NCBI GenBank assembly: GCA_963803805.1
Contig: CAWDOD010000002.1
Coordinates: 608,001-672,000 of the forward strand
Direction of reading: 5' to 3'
DNA length: 64,000 bases
Origin: an uncultured cyanobacterium
Lineage (GTDB): Bacteria > Cyanobacteriota > Cyanobacteriia > Cyanobacteriales > CAWCAG01
This document shows, piece by piece, positions 60,664 through 64,000 of the stretch (within the stretch, counting starts at the first letter, position 1; the number at the start of each line of letters is the position of its first letter). The translations under genes and the position numbers were made by a program. The notes under the pieces are model-generated. The model was not told the DNA's origin and did no database searches. It saw nothing but the letters and a program-made list of their open reading frames with translations.

Positions 60664-61284
60664 TTAATCAACAATAGCGTTGAGTAAAACCTCAGTTAAA
60701 GTCAAATCTTCCATATCATCGATGGTGATCGTATCAACGATATCAAATTCTGCTCCAGCCGTTTGGAGTTTATCATCCAAAGCTTTAAGATATTCTGTGG
60801 CACGGCGATCGCCCCCTACTTGGATTAAGGAAATGCCTAATTCCTCATCCCGGTCTATTTGACGAGATGCTTCAATAATTATGCGCATGACCATTTTGCG
60901 ATCATCGGGTTCTCCATCTGTAACCACTAGGATAGTTTCGCCGTTAGGCTTGGCTTCCCCTGCTGCTTTACGCTGAAAGTAGTTAGTTAAGGCATCTTCT
61001 AAGACTCCAGCTAAGTCGGTACGCCCCATGGGGTCATTTTCGCGATAAATTTGAGCGACTTTTTCTGAGGTGACATTATCGTAGCGTCTAAAACGACCAG
61101 AAAAAAGATAGACTGTAATCCCATCTGGGTCAATTTTTTCACAGGCTCTTGCTAAAGCAAGGGTTGATTCTTGGGCAACTTCCCAACGGCTTTTTCCCGC
61201 TGCTTTATCAGGAGCAGACATACTTCCACTTTTATCAATAATGAGAGTATAGTCTCTTTCTTCAACAATAGAACCTTCTGACAC
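60664..61284 (-). CDS. VWA domain protein
   Basis: MIDAS motif DKSGSM and VVTDGEP. Confidence 0.9.
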   Translation of the reverse strand: MSEGSIVEERDYTLIIDKSGSMSAPDKAAGKSRWEVAQESTLALARACEKIDPDGITVYLFSGRFRRYDNVTSEKVAQIYRENDPMGRTDLAGVLEDALTNYFQRKAAGEAKPNGETILVVTDGEPDDRKMVMRIIIEASRQIDRDEELGISLIQVGGDRRATEYLKALDDKLQTAGAEFDIVDTITIDDMEDLTLTEVLLNAIVD

Positions 61285-61377
61285 TTAGCTAAGACCTCCT
61301 AGAATGATAATTATGCTCTTTCTTTTAGCCTATAGCTAGGTTGAGGATTTGAGGCAAAATCTTAGATTTTCTCCCAA

Positions 61378-61965
61378 TTAATTTTTTGCCGCCGCATCAA
61401 TTTGTTGCCGTAGGTAGTCTTGATTAGCGGTGTTATTTAAGACAATATCAGCAACAGCAATTTTGTCTTTTAAGGGCAGTTGACTATTGATACGTTCTTG
61501 GGCATCTTGTGTAGAAAGGCGATCGCGCTGTATTAAACGCTGTAATTGTTCTTCTTCACTACAGGTAACTACCCAAATTTCCGTCACCAAGTCAGTCATC
61601 TTAGCTTCTAATAACAAAGGAATAACTAACACTACTGTTGGTTGATTCAAATCCTGAAGCTTCTTAACAAAGCATTCCTTGACATAGGGATGGATTTGTG
61701 ATTCTAACCAAAGGCGTTCCTTGAAATTCCTGAAGATGATTTCCCCTAGCTTGCTGCGATTGAGGCTACCATCATTTAACTGAATCTCGTCACCATAACG
61801 CTGAACAATTTTTTCTAATACTGGTGAACCAATTTGCACAGCGTCTCTGGCATAAACATCAGCATCTAAAATTGGTAATTGGTAAGCCTGGGTCAAATAG
61901 TTAGCTACAGTGGTTTTTCCCGTTGCAATACCCCCAGTTAAGCCGATAATCCTTCTTTTACTCAT
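61378..61965 (-). CDS. coaE: Dephospho-CoA kinase
   Basis: IGLTGGIATGKT, DAD, HPYV, PLLLE and RINSQ. Confidence 0.95.
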   Translation of the reverse strand: MSKRRIIGLTGGIATGKTTVANYLTQAYQLPILDADVYARDAVQIGSPVLEKIVQRYGDEIQLNDGSLNRSKLGEIIFRNFKERLWLESQIHPYVKECFVKKLQDLNQPTVVLVIPLLLEAKMTDLVTEIWVVTCSEEEQLQRLIQRDRLSTQDAQERINSQLPLKDKIAVADIVLNNTANQDYLRQQIDAAAKN

Positions 61966-62039
61966 TAAGCAATATGGGTAAAAATCAAGAACTAATAAAT
62001 AGGTTTTTCCCCATCTCTTCTGAGAAATGTTTAATAGTA

Positions 62040-62735
62040 TTAACTATTAAAACTGCGATCGCGCCATTTATTGAGTTGTGCTTCGCCGATAGTGGCTAGA
62101 CGCTGTAAATCTGCCATTTGGCTTTTTAACAGGGTGATTTGTCTGTCCTTAAGATTAATTTGCTTTTTGATTTCTCGATAGTTTTTTGCTTGTCTTGTTG
62201 CTTGAGTACGTTGTTGAAAGAGTCTTTTTTCTAGTTCAGAAATTTGCGCTTCTTTGTTTTGGGATTGTTGTTGACTTAATTGCTTCTCCAACTCAGCGAT
62301 ACGAGTTTCTTTAGCCTCAACTTCTTGTTTCTCTCGATTTAACTGTTTCTCCAACTCAGCAATACGAGTTTCTTGTGTTTGAATTTTGTCTTTTAGAGTT
62401 TCATAGGCCTCTAAAGGGATATTTATATGAGGAACAACTTCCTCATTTTCTTCCTCAATCCCTTTTGGAGAACTAACTACTTCAATAATAGTCTTGTTTT
62501 CTGCCTGTTGATTATCAGTTTCATCAGAGGAATCTAAGGTGATTGTCTTTTGTGCTGTAGTGCTAGCTAAAGCAACGTAACCTCTAGCCAATTGTTCTAC
62601 TAGCTGAGATTTTGACAATCCCACTTTTTCGGCCATTTCGTTAAGTAAATCAACCCCTGTTGAGGTCAGGGTAATTCCTACTTTAGACTTTCCTGAAGAA
62701 TGCTTGTTAGAAACTTTACGCCTTTTTCTTGCCAT
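62040..62735 (-). CDS. Ribbon-helix-helix (CopG-like) plus coiled-coil protein
   Basis: VGITLT...LNEMAEKVGLSKSQLVEQLARG followed by repeated ETRIAELEKQL. Confidence 0.7.
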   Translation of the reverse strand: MARKRRKVSNKHSSGKSKVGITLTSTGVDLLNEMAEKVGLSKSQLVEQLARGYVALASTTAQKTITLDSSDETDNQQAENKTIIEVVSSPKGIEEENEEVVPHINIPLEAYETLKDKIQTQETRIAELEKQLNREKQEVEAKETRIAELEKQLSQQQSQNKEAQISELEKRLFQQRTQATRQAKNYREIKKQINLKDRQITLLKSQMADLQRLATIGEAQLNKWRDRSFNS

Positions 62736-62900
62736 GAGCTTATGGGAACTTGCAATGGGTCAATCAAACCAAGTATATGGTACTCAAAGCAATGTTAAAA
62801 GCAAGCTTGAGCATTCAGCAATCTTTCTTATTTTTTTGGCATTTTGTATGACTTACCTAGAGAAAGTAAACTTATTACTTATTACTTGTTACTTGTTCCC

Positions 62901-63677
62901 CTAACGCTTCACTGTCATAATCTCTACCCCTTCTTTAGTCACAGCGATAGTATGTTCAAACTGGGCTGATAACTTACCATCTCTAGTCAGGGCTGTCCAA
63001 CCATCTTCTAGAATCTCTGCTTCCCAGGTTCCTTCATTAATCATTGGTTCAATGGTGAATACCATACCAGGGCGGAAGCGTTTGCCTTTACCCCGCTTGC
63101 CATAGTGTGGTATTTGGGGGGCAGTGTGGAAAATTCTGTTAACCCCATGTCCGACAAAATCTCGCACTACAGAAAAGCCTTCTCCTTCTGCATATTCTTG
63201 AATAGCTGCGCCAATGTCGCCAATCCTGCCCCCCGGTTTAACCGCAGCAATACCTCTTCTTAAGCATTCTTCAGTCACTTCTACTAGTTTTTTGGCCTTT
63301 GCAGAAGGAGTACCAACAAAAAAAGTTCGGGAAGTATCGCCGTGATAACCATCTAGAATCGGCGTAACATCAATGTTGATAATATCTCCATCTCTGAGAA
63401 TTTGTTTCTTGCTAGGGATGCCGTGGCAAATGACTTCATTAACGCTAGTACAAATAGATTTAGGGAAATCTATTGGCACTCCATGATAACCCAGGGGCGC
63501 ACTGATAGCTCCGTGTGCCTGAGTCCAGCGCTCTGCTTCGTCGTTAATTTCTAGGGTACTTACACCCGGTTTTACCATCGGTTCGAGATGGTCTAATAGT
63601 TCTGCGGCTAAGCTTCCCGCTTGACGCATTTTTTCAATCTCTCTTGCGGAGAGGAGAGTTATTCTTTCGCTTCCCAT
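62901..63677 (-). CDS. map: Type I methionine aminopeptidase
   Basis: SICTSVNEVICHGIP, DTSRTF, GHGV, FTIEPMIN and SAQFEHT. Confidence 0.96.
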   Translation of the reverse strand: MGSERITLLSAREIEKMRQAGSLAAELLDHLEPMVKPGVSTLEINDEAERWTQAHGAISAPLGYHGVPIDFPKSICTSVNEVICHGIPSKKQILRDGDIINIDVTPILDGYHGDTSRTFFVGTPSAKAKKLVEVTEECLRRGIAAVKPGGRIGDIGAAIQEYAEGEGFSVVRDFVGHGVNRIFHTAPQIPHYGKRGKGKRFRPGMVFTIEPMINEGTWEAEILEDGWTALTRDGKLSAQFEHTIAVTKEGVEIMTVKR

Positions 63678-63747
63678 CTTTGAAGATTGGCTCTCAGTAG
63701 TTAAAGTCTGGTAAAACATTAAATTATACCCTAATTAGATTTTAGGT

Positions 63748-64000
63748 TTAATGATGAATATCTAAATTCAAAATGTAATTTCCTAAAGGAACTTTATCTG
63801 ACCACAACTCGTATTCCAACCTCAAGCTTTCTGGTAAAGAATTACCTGTTAGTTGTAGGCTACGAGTAAAGTTACGCAGGCGGATCGCTCCGTTTTCTTG
63901 TACTACTTGGCTATGTAGCCAATAGCGACTGATACCATAAACCCCTTCTTCCCAGAAATGGCGATAACCTATTTGGCTATTACCTTGCATCGTCATAATT
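63748..64000 (-). CDS. Hypothetical protein, probably 5'-truncated by the window edge
   Basis: The frame is open to the edge, and the stop lies just upstream of map on the same strand. Confidence 0.55.
   Translation of the reverse strand, partial: IMTMQGNSQIGYRHFWEEGVYGISRYWLHSQVVQENGAIRLRNFTRSLQLTGNSLPESLRLEYELWSDKVPLGNYILNLDIHH

Larger units (their letters stand above)
4915..62062. repeat. HIP1 octamer GCGATCGC, dispersed (roughly 28 copies counted by eye)
   Basis: Examples at 4915, 10821, 27157, 40601, 49031 and 62055. This is a hallmark of cyanobacterial genomes. Confidence 0.95.

Noticed and set aside
480-62904. Many short antisense or overlapping ORFs in the track (e.g. 11562-11948, 14894-15277, 16597-16992, 31136-31603, 58771-59088)
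   Set aside because: They are shadows of well-supported genes and carry no recognisable motifs.

Overview
This is a 64-kb chromosomal segment of a cyanobacterium, judged from abundant HIP1 GCGATCGC octamers, ccmK3/ccmK4, cyaC, nblR, ldpA, cryptochrome DASH and a PEP-CTERM protein. Most of it is housekeeping or signalling DNA (gatB, hisC, fabD, tig-clpP-clpX, asd-dapA-rnj, aroH-sppA, egtD, panB, leuC, coaE, map). Three things stand out. (1) A ~6-kb three-gene cassette (27.3-33.2 kb, minus strand) encodes a 1536-aa polymorphic-toxin-like protein with a C-terminal R-S-E ADP-ribosyltransferase tip, an overlapping candidate immunity gene and a NADAR-like (DUF6939-type) protein. It looks like a toxin / immunity / 'eraser' module, flanked by MITE-type half ends, with no delivery genes nearby. 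(2) Downstream of gatB is an unannotated tandem array of three small-RNA-like units, each with a -10 box, a shared RGTAGATKCA 5' end and a hairpin, reminiscent of NsiR1. (3) Three apparent frameshifts (a GNAT gene, tig, a mannosyltransferase) coincide with GATTC where GATC is expected, which suggests methylation-linked sequencing errors rather than pseudogenes. No rRNA, tRNA, CRISPR array or intact transposase was seen. All family calls come from motif recognition, not database searches.
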